Shown here: positions 8,610-18,738 of the stretch, in pieces | Layout: every line of letters starts with the position of its first letter | Position numbering within the stretch: position 1 is the stretch's first letter | Assembly (NCBI GenBank): GCA_017409025.1 | Contig: JAFQTN010000014.1 | Location: 46,628 to 110,627, forward strand | DNA: 64,000 bases | Direction: 5' to 3' | Origin: Bacilli bacterium | GTDB lineage: Bacteria > Bacillota_I > Bacilli_A > RF39 > UBA660 | The notes under the pieces: generated by a model | What the model was told of the DNA's origin: nothing | The model's database searches: none | The model's input: only the letters and a program-made list of their open reading frames with translations | Made by a program: the position numbers and the translations under genes

Positions 8610-9839
8610 ATGAAAAAATGGTATAAATTAGATAATGTTGGTAAATTTTATGCATCTATTGCGAATGCAAAAGTACCTAAAGTATTTAGATATTCCGTTA
8701 ATTTATTTGAAAATGTTGATGAAAATATATTACAATTAGCATTAAATAAAACAATAGAAATATATCCTAATTTTAATGTTAATTTAAAAAAGGGAATGTT
8801 TTGGTATTATCTAGATGAGACGAATAAGAAAAATAAAGTAACAAAAGAAAATTTACCTATTTGTTTTAAAATATATAATAATTCAGATGATTTTTTATAT
8901 AGGGTTTCATACTATAAAAGAAAAATTAATTTTGAGGTATCTCATATATTATCTGATGGTAGAGGTAGTGTAGAGTTTTTTAAACTATTATTAACAAATT
9001 ATATATCAATTAAATATGATCTTAAAATAGATACTAGTAAGGATAATAAGAGTCAATTAGAGAAAGCAGAAGATAGTTTTGATAAATACTATAAGAAAAT
9101 GAAATTATCTAAAAATAAAAAGACAGAAACATATATATATAAGGGAAAAAAATATCGTAATCAAACAAGATATTTAGAAGCATATATGAATGTATCGGAT
9201 GTTTTAAGTTTAGCACATAAATATAAAACAACTCTAACAGCTTTTTTAGTATCTATATTAATTTATGCACATAGAGATGAATTAAAACTATCAGAATTAA
9301 ATAAAAGTATTAAGATAGATTTGCCGGTAGATTTAAGACCTTATTTTAAATCATATTCATCGATGAATTTTTTTGGTGTAACTACGATTTCTTATAAATT
9401 TAAGAGTAAAGAAGATACATTAGAAGATATTATAAAAGAAGTAAATTTACAGTTTAAAGAACAAATAAATGCTAAGAAAATAGCTGAGAGAGTAAATTTA
9501 ATGGTTTCATTTGAGAAGAATTGGTTTTGTAGATTTGTTCCTATTAATATTAAAAATATCTTTTTAAATATAGCTGATAAAATTGCATCTCAACAAAGTA
9601 CAACTTGTTTATCTAATATTGGAATAATTAAATTAGATAAAGAATTAGAAGATAAAATAGATTCTATTAGTGTTTTAACATCTACGTATGGTTTTCGATT
9701 TACAACATGTACATTTAAAGATAAATTATGTATAGGAATATCAAATAATTATATTAATAATGATATTATTAAGAATTTATGTTGTTATTTATCAGAACAG
9801 GGTATTCAGATAAAAATGAATGTAAGTGAGGTTGGATAA
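8610..9839 (+). CDS. condensation/acyltransferase-like protein with HxxxDG motif
   Basis: EVSHILSDGRGSVEFF contains the H-x3-D-G catalytic motif of the condensation, WS/DGAT and PapA5 acyltransferase superfamily. Size (~410 aa) fits. GGAGGA RBS. Confidence 0.55.
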   Translation: MKKWYKLDNVGKFYASIANAKVPKVFRYSVNLFENVDENILQLALNKTIEIYPNFNVNLKKGMFWYYLDETNKKNKVTKENLPICFKIYNNSDDFLYRVSYYKRKINFEVSHILSDGRGSVEFFKLLLTNYISIKYDLKIDTSKDNKSQLEKAEDSFDKYYKKMKLSKNKKTETYIYKGKKYRNQTRYLEAYMNVSDVLSLAHKYKTTLTAFLVSILIYAHRDELKLSELNKSIKIDLPVDLRPYFKSYSSMNFFGVTTISYKFKSKEDTLEDIIKEVNLQFKEQINAKKIAERVNLMVSFEKNWFCRFVPINIKNIFLNIADKIASQQSTTCLSNIGIIKLDKELEDKIDSISVLTSTYGFRFTTCTFKDKLCIGISNNYINNDIIKNLCCYLSEQGIQIKMNVSEVG

Positions 9840-10495
9840 TGAAAAAGTGTAATAGTTGTAACATAGAATTTAATATTAATGATAAAATATGTCCGTTATG
9901 TCAAAATATATTAATAGGTGAATGTAATGATTTAATGTTTCCTACGAATGCTAGATATAAAACAAATTCATTAATAAAGAAAATAGTTTTGTTTTCGTCA
10001 ATAACAATATTTTTAATATTTGCTTTTATTGAATTTCTTGTAGTTAATAATTTAACAATATCATCATATATAGGAGTTGGATTAATAACTAATTATGTAA
10101 TAATGTCTTTAATATTAAAGAATTATCATAATATATATAAGGTATTTGGGAAATATGGATTAACAATAATAGTGTTATTAATAATATGGTATCTTTTGAT
10201 AAAGAGTCCAGTAATTACTAATTATATAATCCCATCAGTATGTATATTTGAATTATTATTTAATTTTATTGTTGCTTTAATACTTAGAAAGAATTATTCA
10301 ATAAAGTATTCAAGTCAAATAATTATGAATATTTTTTTATTGATTTTACCAATTATATTTGTTTGGTTAAAATTAACTACTAATAATATAATGTCATATA
10401 TATGTTGTTTATTATCAGTAATATCAATAACTGGTTTATTAATATTTTCATATAATGATATTAAGGAAGAATTAAGTAAATTATTTAATGTATAG
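9839..10495 (+). CDS. zinc-ribbon membrane protein
   Basis: N-terminal CNSC...CPLC ribbon followed by ~5 TM helices. Start overlaps the upstream stop (TAATG). Confidence 0.6.
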   Translation: MKKCNSCNIEFNINDKICPLCQNILIGECNDLMFPTNARYKTNSLIKKIVLFSSITIFLIFAFIEFLVVNNLTISSYIGVGLITNYVIMSLILKNYHNIYKVFGKYGLTIIVLLIIWYLLIKSPVITNYIIPSVCIFELLFNFIVALILRKNYSIKYSSQIIMNIFLLILPIIFVWLKLTTNNIMSYICCLLSVISITGLLIFSYNDIKEELSKLFNV

Positions 10496-10517
10496 CCCCA
10501 ATTAAGTTTGGGGTTTT
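10496..10517 (+). terminator. rho-independent terminator
   Basis: CCCCAA / TTGGGG stem followed by TTTT. Confidence 0.65.
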
Positions 10518-10580
10518 AAAATGTTAAAAAATGTGATAAAATATACATCACTCCGAAAAAATATATAAAAGGGTGATAAA

Positions 10581-11909
10581 ATGGAAGAAAAATTAATAGG
10601 AAAATTATATCAAATGGTTATTGAAAAGAAAGAACTTACATATGAGAATTTAATAGAAGAAGGTTTTAGTAATGAAGATATATCTTTGTTAATTTCTAAT
10701 AGGATTATTAGATTAATTGGTGATAATTTGTATCAATTATATAAGGTAGATAGATTTCATCAATATGGAATAAAATTGCTTATTCAAGGAAAAAATATAG
10801 AAGCTACTAAATGTTTTAAAATATGTCATAAATTAATGCCAAATGGAAGAAGAATAAATCTTCAAATGTTAATTTTAGAAGTAATATATGAAAACTATGA
10901 AGGAGCATATCGTATTTATGAGACTATTGAAAATAATAGTATTCCTAAGAATACTTTAGATAATAATTTATATTTATATTTATTAAATTTATTATGTCCT
11001 ATTAAAAAGTATTCTGATAGAGTAAGAGATTTTATGCATGGAGATATTGTATTTGAAAGTGCTACTTGTAATAAAGATGAAAATCAAATAAGAGAGGCTA
11101 TATTTAAAAGTAAATTTGTATATGCTCGTAAATTAGTTAATGATTTAATTTCTAAAAAAATACCAGAATATTCAATTAAAAATGAATTAATAAAAGTATT
11201 ATTAAATAAAGTAATTGAACATGAAAGAAATTATAAAAATAAATTATTAAAATTAGCTCAAGAAGAACAATATAGTGTAATTAATAAAATGCTTTTAGAA
11301 AGAGCAAATACTAAAAGATTAAGTAAATTAGAAAATTATATTTTATTAGTTTCTGGGACAATCATTGAAATATTAAAAACTAAAAAGATTCCAGAGAAAA
11401 GAGAAATAGTTACATATGATATGTACAAAGCATTAATATCTAATAATTTTAAACTTGCACAAGAAATAAACGATGATCATCATACTATATTGGGAACAAA
11501 TAAAGAAGATGATGTTTTACATATTTTATTAATAAAGATTAATGAGATAATTAAGCAAATTGAATTATCTTATGAAGAAGAGAGGAAAATAGAATTAGAT
11601 AAGCAAATAATGTCTTCTGAAGAATTAGCGTACTATATAAAGAGTGAAAATATTTCTTTAGAAGATGCTAGTAAAAAATTAGGAATAATAAAAGAACAAA
11701 TGATTATGATTAGATTGGTGTATATAAGAGATTATTATGTTCTAGGTGATATAGAGTTAGCTGATAAGTTGCTAGAGGAAATAGAGACTAAAGAAAAAAT
11801 AACACCACTAATTAGACTGTTTATTGATAAAATTAAAACTTATAAAGAAATTAAAACTGAAATTAAAGTAAGGAAAAGAATAAAAGAAAATAATGAAGGA
11901 GAAAACTAA
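10581..11909 (+). CDS. wHTH/helical-repeat paralog A (short form)
   Basis: N-terminal EEGFSNEDISLLISNRIIRLIGDNLYQL (AbiEi-like winged helix). Shared internal motifs NNLYLYLL, IIEILKTKKIP and NNFKLAQEIN. Shared C-terminal module EELAYYIKSENISLEDA...IRLVYIRDYY. Confidence 0.55.
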   Translation: MEEKLIGKLYQMVIEKKELTYENLIEEGFSNEDISLLISNRIIRLIGDNLYQLYKVDRFHQYGIKLLIQGKNIEATKCFKICHKLMPNGRRINLQMLILEVIYENYEGAYRIYETIENNSIPKNTLDNNLYLYLLNLLCPIKKYSDRVRDFMHGDIVFESATCNKDENQIREAIFKSKFVYARKLVNDLISKKIPEYSIKNELIKVLLNKVIEHERNYKNKLLKLAQEEQYSVINKMLLERANTKRLSKLENYILLVSGTIIEILKTKKIPEKREIVTYDMYKALISNNFKLAQEINDDHHTILGTNKEDDVLHILLIKINEIIKQIELSYEEERKIELDKQIMSSEELAYYIKSENISLEDASKKLGIIKEQMIMIRLVYIRDYYVLGDIELADKLLEEIETKEKITPLIRLFIDKIKTYKEIKTEIKVRKRIKENNEGEN

Positions 11910-14314
11910 TGGTAACTAGTGAACATTTAGATAAGATTTGTGAATACACATTAAAAGATAGAATAATCACTACTAAAGTATTACATAGTTTTGGATTAAA
12001 TAGTCATGATATAAATAAATTATTAGAACAAAATATATTAAGAAGAGTAAATATAGGTCAATACGAATTAATATCTACTGATACGTTATATGAATATGCG
12101 AATAAGATTCGTAAGGAAAACCCTTATGATTCAATTAAAGGTAATTTATTGGTTTATGAAATGGAACCTAATCATGAATATAATAATTTAAGATTATTAA
12201 CTTTTTATACTAGAAAAAGAAATTATGAAAAGGCTTTCCAGATATTAGACATATTATATCTAAATAATGAAAATGATAAATATAATGATATATACTTATA
12301 TATATTAAGTGCTATGACAGTAGTTCCAGAAAGATATAAAGATAAAGTAAAGAAATTAACTGAAGTTAATTTAAAAACTAAATATTATAGTAGTAATGAA
12401 GACGAAAATGCGATGTTATTTAGAATAACTATTGGTAAATACGTACCGGCAATTTATTCATTAAATAAAACAAAACAATATATTTTAAATGAACATGATG
12501 TAGCACTAAGATTATTGTTATCTGAAGCAATAGAATTAGATAATGAAAATAGTGAATTATTACTTAGATATGCTAAAGAAGAAAGATTTAATGATATTAA
12601 GGAATTATTAACAAGTAAAACTACTGTTAATAAGCAAATGGATTTATATATGTTATATGTAGTAAATACTATTTTGAGTATATTAAAAACAAAAAAATTA
12701 CCTATACAAACTACTCAAAATACGAATAATTTACATAGCGCTATTTATACAAATAATTTTGAATTAGCATATAAACTGAATACAGAATATTTAACAAAAT
12801 ATAATCTTAATCTAGTAAATCCATTAACTATTTTATTAAATAAGGTTAATGAACTTATAAATAAAATAAGAAAAGAACAAAGTATAGAATCAAATAAAGA
12901 AGAAAGTATAAATATAGAAGATGAGAATGTTACATTATCTAGTTTAATTATTGAATTATTACATAATAATATTGAAATTTTTACTGGGTTATTAAAAAAA
13001 TATTTAAAAGAAAAACAATTAGAAGAATATGAATTTCTAATAATGAAATTAGTAAAAATAGATATAATAAACAATGATAGTAGTTATTTAAAGACAATAA
13101 GTGTTTTAAGCAAATTAGATAATTCTGTATATAATTTTGATGTATCTTATTATGTTAGACAATTCTATCAAGAATTATCAAATATAGAAATAGCTAAGAT
13201 TTATTTTGAAATAATATCTAAATATTATCCAGAATCTACGGTTATTATAGCTAATTTAAAAAATACTTTAGAAAATGAGATTGCTAAGAATAATATTTCT
13301 AATGAGGAAACTGAAAATGTAGTTTCTTTAGAAAATAAAGAACAAGATGAAAAAGAAATTAATGAGTTAAATGAATTAGTATTAAGAAGAATACATGAAG
13401 CTAAGAGTAATAATCAAACTATAGTTATTTTTGAAAATCAATCAGTAAACATGAGGAGAATAATTTATTCAATATTGGGTAGTAGTCATGGTTTGGATAT
13501 GTTTACTATAGGAGAAGAGCCTAAAACAGTTGTAGTAAGAATTTTAAATATTAAACAAGAAGAAATAATATATAAAGAATATCTTCAAGATTTATTTATA
13601 AATGCAAAAATAAAAAATTATCAAGAATGTATTCGTATAGGGAATATATTATTAAAATCTAAAGGATTTAAACCTTTAGGTGCAAAAGATCCAAGACCGG
13701 TATTTGATATTGTTGGACAATCTTATTTAAAATTAAATAAAATAGAAGAAGCAATTATATTTTTGACTATTGTAACTGAATTAAGTAAAACGATGGGAGA
13801 TTCTAAGAAAGATCGTAGTGTTTTAATTAATATGTTAAAAGAAAGATTGAATAAGACTACTGAGAAAAATTCTAGTGAAAATGAATTTAAAGAAGATATA
13901 GTAGTTAATGAAATAGTTTCTGAAAAGGTAGAACCTATTGCTGAGGGATCAATTGAAGAAGCAAAACCAGTAGAAAATATTCAGATAACTGAAATAGAAC
14001 AAGAAGAAAATAAACCTAGGGAAATAAAAGATTTAGAAGAAATTGCTTACTTTATAAAAGAGACTAATATATCTTTAGAAGATGCTAAGAATAGTTATAA
14101 TTTAACTGATGAAGATATCTTAATGATTAGATTAATATATGTAAGAGATTATTATGTAGATGGAATGTATTCTTTAGGTGATTCTAAATTAAAAGAAATA
14201 GAAAAAATTCAAAATAAGACACCAAGAGTAATCATATTTATTAAAGAATTAAAGATTAATAAAAGATTTTATAAAGATAGATTAGAATTCCATACTAAAA
14301 AAAGACAAAAATAA
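11909..14314 (+). CDS. wHTH/helical-repeat/TPR paralog B
   Basis: 801 aa, start overlaps the upstream stop. Same N- and C-terminal modules plus a central insert and a TPR-like segment (YQECIRIGNILL...GQSYLKLNKIEEAI). Confidence 0.55.
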   Translation: MVTSEHLDKICEYTLKDRIITTKVLHSFGLNSHDINKLLEQNILRRVNIGQYELISTDTLYEYANKIRKENPYDSIKGNLLVYEMEPNHEYNNLRLLTFYTRKRNYEKAFQILDILYLNNENDKYNDIYLYILSAMTVVPERYKDKVKKLTEVNLKTKYYSSNEDENAMLFRITIGKYVPAIYSLNKTKQYILNEHDVALRLLLSEAIELDNENSELLLRYAKEERFNDIKELLTSKTTVNKQMDLYMLYVVNTILSILKTKKLPIQTTQNTNNLHSAIYTNNFELAYKLNTEYLTKYNLNLVNPLTILLNKVNELINKIRKEQSIESNKEESINIEDENVTLSSLIIELLHNNIEIFTGLLKKYLKEKQLEEYEFLIMKLVKIDIINNDSSYLKTISVLSKLDNSVYNFDVSYYVRQFYQELSNIEIAKIYFEIISKYYPESTVIIANLKNTLENEIAKNNISNEETENVVSLENKEQDEKEINELNELVLRRIHEAKSNNQTIVIFENQSVNMRRIIYSILGSSHGLDMFTIGEEPKTVVVRILNIKQEEIIYKEYLQDLFINAKIKNYQECIRIGNILLKSKGFKPLGAKDPRPVFDIVGQSYLKLNKIEEAIIFLTIVTELSKTMGDSKKDRSVLINMLKERLNKTTEKNSSENEFKEDIVVNEIVSEKVEPIAEGSIEEAKPVENIQITEIEQEENKPREIKDLEEIAYFIKETNISLEDAKNSYNLTDEDILMIRLIYVRDYYVDGMYSLGDSKLKEIEKIQNKTPRVIIFIKELKINKRFYKDRLEFHTKKRQK

Positions 14315-14333
14315 AATAATTTAAGGGGAATTT

Positions 14334-16313
14334 ATGGAAGAAAGGGAAAAATTACTAGAATTATTAAATAGTTTTCTTTTAGAAAATAATATTCAAAAAG
14401 TATATGAAATATTTAAATTGTTAGATCAAACTGATAATTTAGAATTAAAAAAAGAAAATAATTTATATTTATATTTGTTAAGTTTTATAGATGAAGTGCC
14501 AAGTGAATATATAAATAGAGTACGTAGTATTAAATATGAAGATTTACTTATAAATTCTGATAGTTGTAGATATACAGAAATAAGCGTGCAAAATAGAATT
14601 AGAATGAGTATTTTTAGAGCAAAATTTCATCAAACAAAAGAAATGATTGAAAATACTTCAAAAGATGATTTTGTAAATGGAATAGAAAGAGAACTAATTC
14701 TGACGTTAGTAAGAATGGCAAATGAAAAAGAAATTATTTTAAGAAAACGTATTGAATATTTAACTAAAAATAAAAAGTATGAAGAACTAGTATCATATTT
14801 AGAAAATCGAAATAGAATAAGAAAATTAAATTTATATGAAGCATATATTTATGCTATAACAGCATCAATAATAAGGATAATGAAAACTAATAAAATTCCT
14901 AAAGTGTTAGATCAAAATCCAGATGATATAAAAAAAGCAATAATGGGATATAACTTTCAGATGGCATTAATTTTTAATAGAAGAGATATAGCATTAAAAT
15001 ATGAAGATAGTAAGTATGTTATAAATTTATTATTAGTTGAAATAAATAAATTAATAGATAATATAATAAGAGATGCTAAACAAAAAATAGAAGCTGAAAA
15101 GTCGAAAATAACAACTATCTTAAAAAAAATTGATGAAGAATTATTAAAAGGAAATATAGAAGAAGCAACTGATAGAATTAAAGAATACTTAAAGTATATA
15201 AATAAAGAAAATTATCTTTATTTAATAGAAAATTTAATTAAAGTATCTATATTAAATAATGATTCATCATATCATGAAACTATTTCTTTTCTAAATTCAA
15301 TGAATAGTTCAAATTATCAATTTGATATGAAATATTTCTATAGTCAATTTCATAATAGTATAAATAGAAATAAATTAGATATAGCAGAAATATATTTAAA
15401 TATAATAAAGCATTATCAACCAGAATTTAAAGAAGACATGACTTTAGAACAGTTAGAAAAAATATCATCTGATTTAGAACATAATAAAGAGGAATTATCA
15501 TATTTAATGAATGAATTAAATGTCTTAAAAGATGGAAACGAATATATGAAAATTATAAAGGGAATTCCACAAAAGAGAAGAAAGATTTTAATAAGATTAG
15601 CTGGTAGTATCGAAGAATTGTCTGTTGGTAGTGCTGGGGTAAAAGAACCTAAAAATTTAGTAATAAGACGTATAAATAAAGAATTAAAAACAGATAATGA
15701 AAGAAAATTAATAGATGATGCCTTAAAACTATATCTTAGTAAAGAATACAATATTGCTCTTATGATATATTTAAGATTATTAACTAGTATGGAATTAGCA
15801 AATAGCAAAATATGTGAAATGATAGGTTTATGTTATCTTCATTTAAATGAATTAGATGAATCTTTAAAATATTTAAGATATTCTAAACAATTACAGAAAA
15901 AGTTTTTAACAAATAGATTTGGTATTGATAAAATAATAGATTTATTAGAACAAGAACCTAATGATGGTGTAAAACAAAAAATAGATACATTATTAACTAA
16001 GTATGATGATGAAGTAATTAATTTTAATATTCAAAAATTAGAAGAAATAGCATCTTATATGAAAGAGAATAATATGACTTTTGAAGAAGGTATAGAAAAG
16101 TTTGAGTTAGTACCAATGCAAGTATTGATAATAAAATTAATTTATGCTAAATATTACTATATGGAGGGTATGACATTAAGTGCTGATAAATTATTACAGG
16201 AAGTAGAAAAAACTAAAAATAAATCACAGCCAGTAGTTACACTTTTAAATGAAGTAAGAGAAAAGAAAATCTTTTATCAAAATCAAAAAGATGGATATAC
16301 ACGTAAAAGATAA
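14334..16313 (+). CDS. helical-repeat/TPR paralog C
   Basis: 659 aa. It shares NNLYLYLLS, IIRIMKTNKIP, the NNDSSY module, the TPR-like segment and the C-terminal module. The N-terminal wHTH is not evident. Confidence 0.55.
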   Translation: MEEREKLLELLNSFLLENNIQKVYEIFKLLDQTDNLELKKENNLYLYLLSFIDEVPSEYINRVRSIKYEDLLINSDSCRYTEISVQNRIRMSIFRAKFHQTKEMIENTSKDDFVNGIERELILTLVRMANEKEIILRKRIEYLTKNKKYEELVSYLENRNRIRKLNLYEAYIYAITASIIRIMKTNKIPKVLDQNPDDIKKAIMGYNFQMALIFNRRDIALKYEDSKYVINLLLVEINKLIDNIIRDAKQKIEAEKSKITTILKKIDEELLKGNIEEATDRIKEYLKYINKENYLYLIENLIKVSILNNDSSYHETISFLNSMNSSNYQFDMKYFYSQFHNSINRNKLDIAEIYLNIIKHYQPEFKEDMTLEQLEKISSDLEHNKEELSYLMNELNVLKDGNEYMKIIKGIPQKRRKILIRLAGSIEELSVGSAGVKEPKNLVIRRINKELKTDNERKLIDDALKLYLSKEYNIALMIYLRLLTSMELANSKICEMIGLCYLHLNELDESLKYLRYSKQLQKKFLTNRFGIDKIIDLLEQEPNDGVKQKIDTLLTKYDDEVINFNIQKLEEIASYMKENNMTFEEGIEKFELVPMQVLIIKLIYAKYYYMEGMTLSADKLLQEVEKTKNKSQPVVTLLNEVREKKIFYQNQKDGYTRKR

Positions 16314-16355
16314 AAACAATAGTAAGAAAATTATAATTTAATCTAGGAGGAATAT

Positions 16356-18650
16356 ATGATAACGAATGAATTATTAGATTTCATTTATGCTAAAAATCTA
16401 AATAGGGAAACAATTACAGCTAAAGAACTACTAAAACTAGGTTTAAATTATAGTGATATAAGCAAATTAGTAGAGAATAATGTGATAAAAAGAATAAAAA
16501 GAGGAATATATGGATTAGATACATATGATGATTTATTTAATTATGTAATATATTTAATAAATCAAGAAAAATATTATAAAGCATATAAAATATTATTAAA
16601 ATGTCATGAAGAAAATCCCGATAACTTAACAGTTTTAGAATATTTATTTTTATGTAGTATTAATACAAAAACAAGTACTGAAATAAAATGGAATATATTA
16701 GAAAAAATAATTAAAATAAGTACAGATAAAAGAAAAAATCTAAATAATGTGTATTTATATTTTTTAACATATAAATATCTTGGTGTTAAAAAAGAATATA
16801 TTGAAATTATTAAATCATTGAAATATGGAGATTTAAAATTGTTTGATGATACTTCAATTAATTTACAAAATTCAACAGCTTATAATATAGAAAAAGTAAT
16901 AGATATCATTGGGAATATTGAAGAAAATGAGTATTTAACAACTTATCAGAAAAAAATTATTAAAGAACTTATGCAGAGGTCTTTAAAAGTAAAAGAAATA
17001 CTTAATAAAAAACTTTTACAATTAGTAGAAGAAGAAAATTATCAAAAAATAATAGATATTTTAAAGCCAAGAAAAGGATATATTCATTTAGATTTTGAAC
17101 ACGAGGTAATTTTATTGTTAGCAAACAAAATAATCGAAATAATATCTAAAGATCAAATACCTAGTCCAATTGTTAAAGAAAATTGTAGAAAAAATATGCT
17201 TGCAATGATAGAAAATAATTATTTTGAAAAAGCCTATAGTTTTAGTTCTCAGTGCTTAAAAACAAGTAATAAAGTAGAGGATATAATAATAAATTTAATG
17301 TTAAACAAAATCATAAAAATTACATCAAAAGAAAGTCAAAGTAAAAGAATTAACGAAGTATTTAGATTTTCTCTTCGTAACCCTAATGTCGAAAATATTA
17401 TTTTAAATTTAATAGATCAAAATATAGAAGGTGCAATAACAGAAACGAAAAACTATTTAAGACAATTAGGTGAAGAACAATATGAATATTTAGTACTTAA
17501 TTTATTTGATATATATTATAAAGATGGTGAAAATAATTATCAAAACTTAATTATAATATTAACAGAAATTAGTCAACATGAATATGTTTATAATATAACA
17601 ACATTTTTAGAATTATTTTATAAAAGTCTAAATTCAAATAAAATAGAAGAAGCAGAAACATATATGAAGATAATAGAAAAATATACTCCTAAGGTAGTTA
17701 ATATTATTGGTAGTCTAGAAAAAGATATCGAAAAAGCAAAAAATAGAACAAATGAAGAAAAACAATTTATCAAAAATTATTTATTAGCTAAAGTATCAAA
17801 GATGAAAGAAAATAACATATCAGCAATCATTCTTGATCCGGTTATGCCACATAGTTTAAGGACTACTATATATAAAACTATAAAATGTAGTCCAATTAAA
17901 GAATTAAGAGCCTTTAGTATTGGTGAAGAACCAAAATATATAGTATTAAGATATTTAAATCCAAATAATAATGATAAATTATATCAACAACCTGATTATC
18001 AAGAATTATATGTAAAGAAACAATATCAAGAATGTATAGATATAATTAAAAGTTTATTAGAAAATCCTCGATACGGTGGTTATAATGCAGCGATATATGC
18101 TTATTTAGGATTATCATATTATCATACTAATAATTTAGAAGAAGCTATTAAATATATAAGAATTGCCAATGGGTTAAACAAAGAAACTAATCTTATATAT
18201 GAAGAGGCATATGATTTTGAAGAGTTACTATCACAAATGAATATACAATTTAAAAATACGGAAGTTAGTCCTGAAGACGAAACATTTCAAATGTTAGTAA
18301 CTAATGCGTTAAGAAGAAGTTCAATAAATATAACTTCTAGAAAAGAAAAAAATATATATCAAGAATTAGAAGAATTTGCTTATTATCTAAAAGAAGAAAA
18401 GATTAATTTAAGTGAAGCTTATTCTAAATACTATCTTTCTGAAGAGGATATTCAAATAATAACTTTAATATATGTAAAAGATTATTATACAGTAGGTATG
18501 TATAAAGAAGGGGATTCGTTATTACATCAAGTAGAAAAGAATAAAAATAAAACAGCATATGTAAGGGAATTAATTGATGAAACAAGAAAAAATAAACTAT
18601 TTTATAAGCATAGAATAGGAATATATACACGTAAGAAAATACTAAATTAA
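16356..18650 (+). CDS. wHTH/helical-repeat/TPR paralog D
   Basis: 764 aa. ITAKELLKLGLNYSDISKLVENNVIKRIKRGIYGL wHTH. TPR-like YQECIDIIKSLL...LGLSYYHTNNLEEAI. C-terminal EEFAYYLKEEKINLSEA...ITLIYVKDYY. Confidence 0.55.
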   Translation: MITNELLDFIYAKNLNRETITAKELLKLGLNYSDISKLVENNVIKRIKRGIYGLDTYDDLFNYVIYLINQEKYYKAYKILLKCHEENPDNLTVLEYLFLCSINTKTSTEIKWNILEKIIKISTDKRKNLNNVYLYFLTYKYLGVKKEYIEIIKSLKYGDLKLFDDTSINLQNSTAYNIEKVIDIIGNIEENEYLTTYQKKIIKELMQRSLKVKEILNKKLLQLVEEENYQKIIDILKPRKGYIHLDFEHEVILLLANKIIEIISKDQIPSPIVKENCRKNMLAMIENNYFEKAYSFSSQCLKTSNKVEDIIINLMLNKIIKITSKESQSKRINEVFRFSLRNPNVENIILNLIDQNIEGAITETKNYLRQLGEEQYEYLVLNLFDIYYKDGENNYQNLIIILTEISQHEYVYNITTFLELFYKSLNSNKIEEAETYMKIIEKYTPKVVNIIGSLEKDIEKAKNRTNEEKQFIKNYLLAKVSKMKENNISAIILDPVMPHSLRTTIYKTIKCSPIKELRAFSIGEEPKYIVLRYLNPNNNDKLYQQPDYQELYVKKQYQECIDIIKSLLENPRYGGYNAAIYAYLGLSYYHTNNLEEAIKYIRIANGLNKETNLIYEEAYDFEELLSQMNIQFKNTEVSPEDETFQMLVTNALRRSSINITSRKEKNIYQELEEFAYYLKEEKINLSEAYSKYYLSEEDIQIITLIYVKDYYTVGMYKEGDSLLHQVEKNKNKTAYVRELIDETRKNKLFYKHRIGIYTRKKILN

Positions 18651-18680
18651 ATGTAAATATTTAGTATTTTTTCTTTTTTC
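18637..18680 (+). terminator. weak AU-rich hairpin plus T-run
   Basis: AAATACTAAAT (18637-18647) pairs with ATTTAGTATTT (18659-18669), then a T-rich tract. It overlaps the stop codon. Confidence 0.35.
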
Positions 18681-18738
18681 TTGACACCACAATTAATATA
18701 AGAGTATAATTAATATATAAAATAGGATGGTGTATCAA

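Noticed and set aside
12745-13074. Antisense or overlapping ORFs in the six-frame track: 266-505, 3229-3450, 3273-3455, 12745-13074, 15416-15808, 18424-18630, 24843-25190, 25778-26050, 27879-28085, 28168-28365, 28633-28815, 39558-39965, 40686-40874, 42925-43140, 47126-47353, 58308-58517, 58800-58994, 59136-59375, 59327-59560 and 59433-59627.
   Set aside because: All lie inside or opposite much longer ORFs with clear homology or motifs. They have low-complexity I/L/F/S/N-rich products typical of antisense reading of AT-rich genes, and they lack RBSs.
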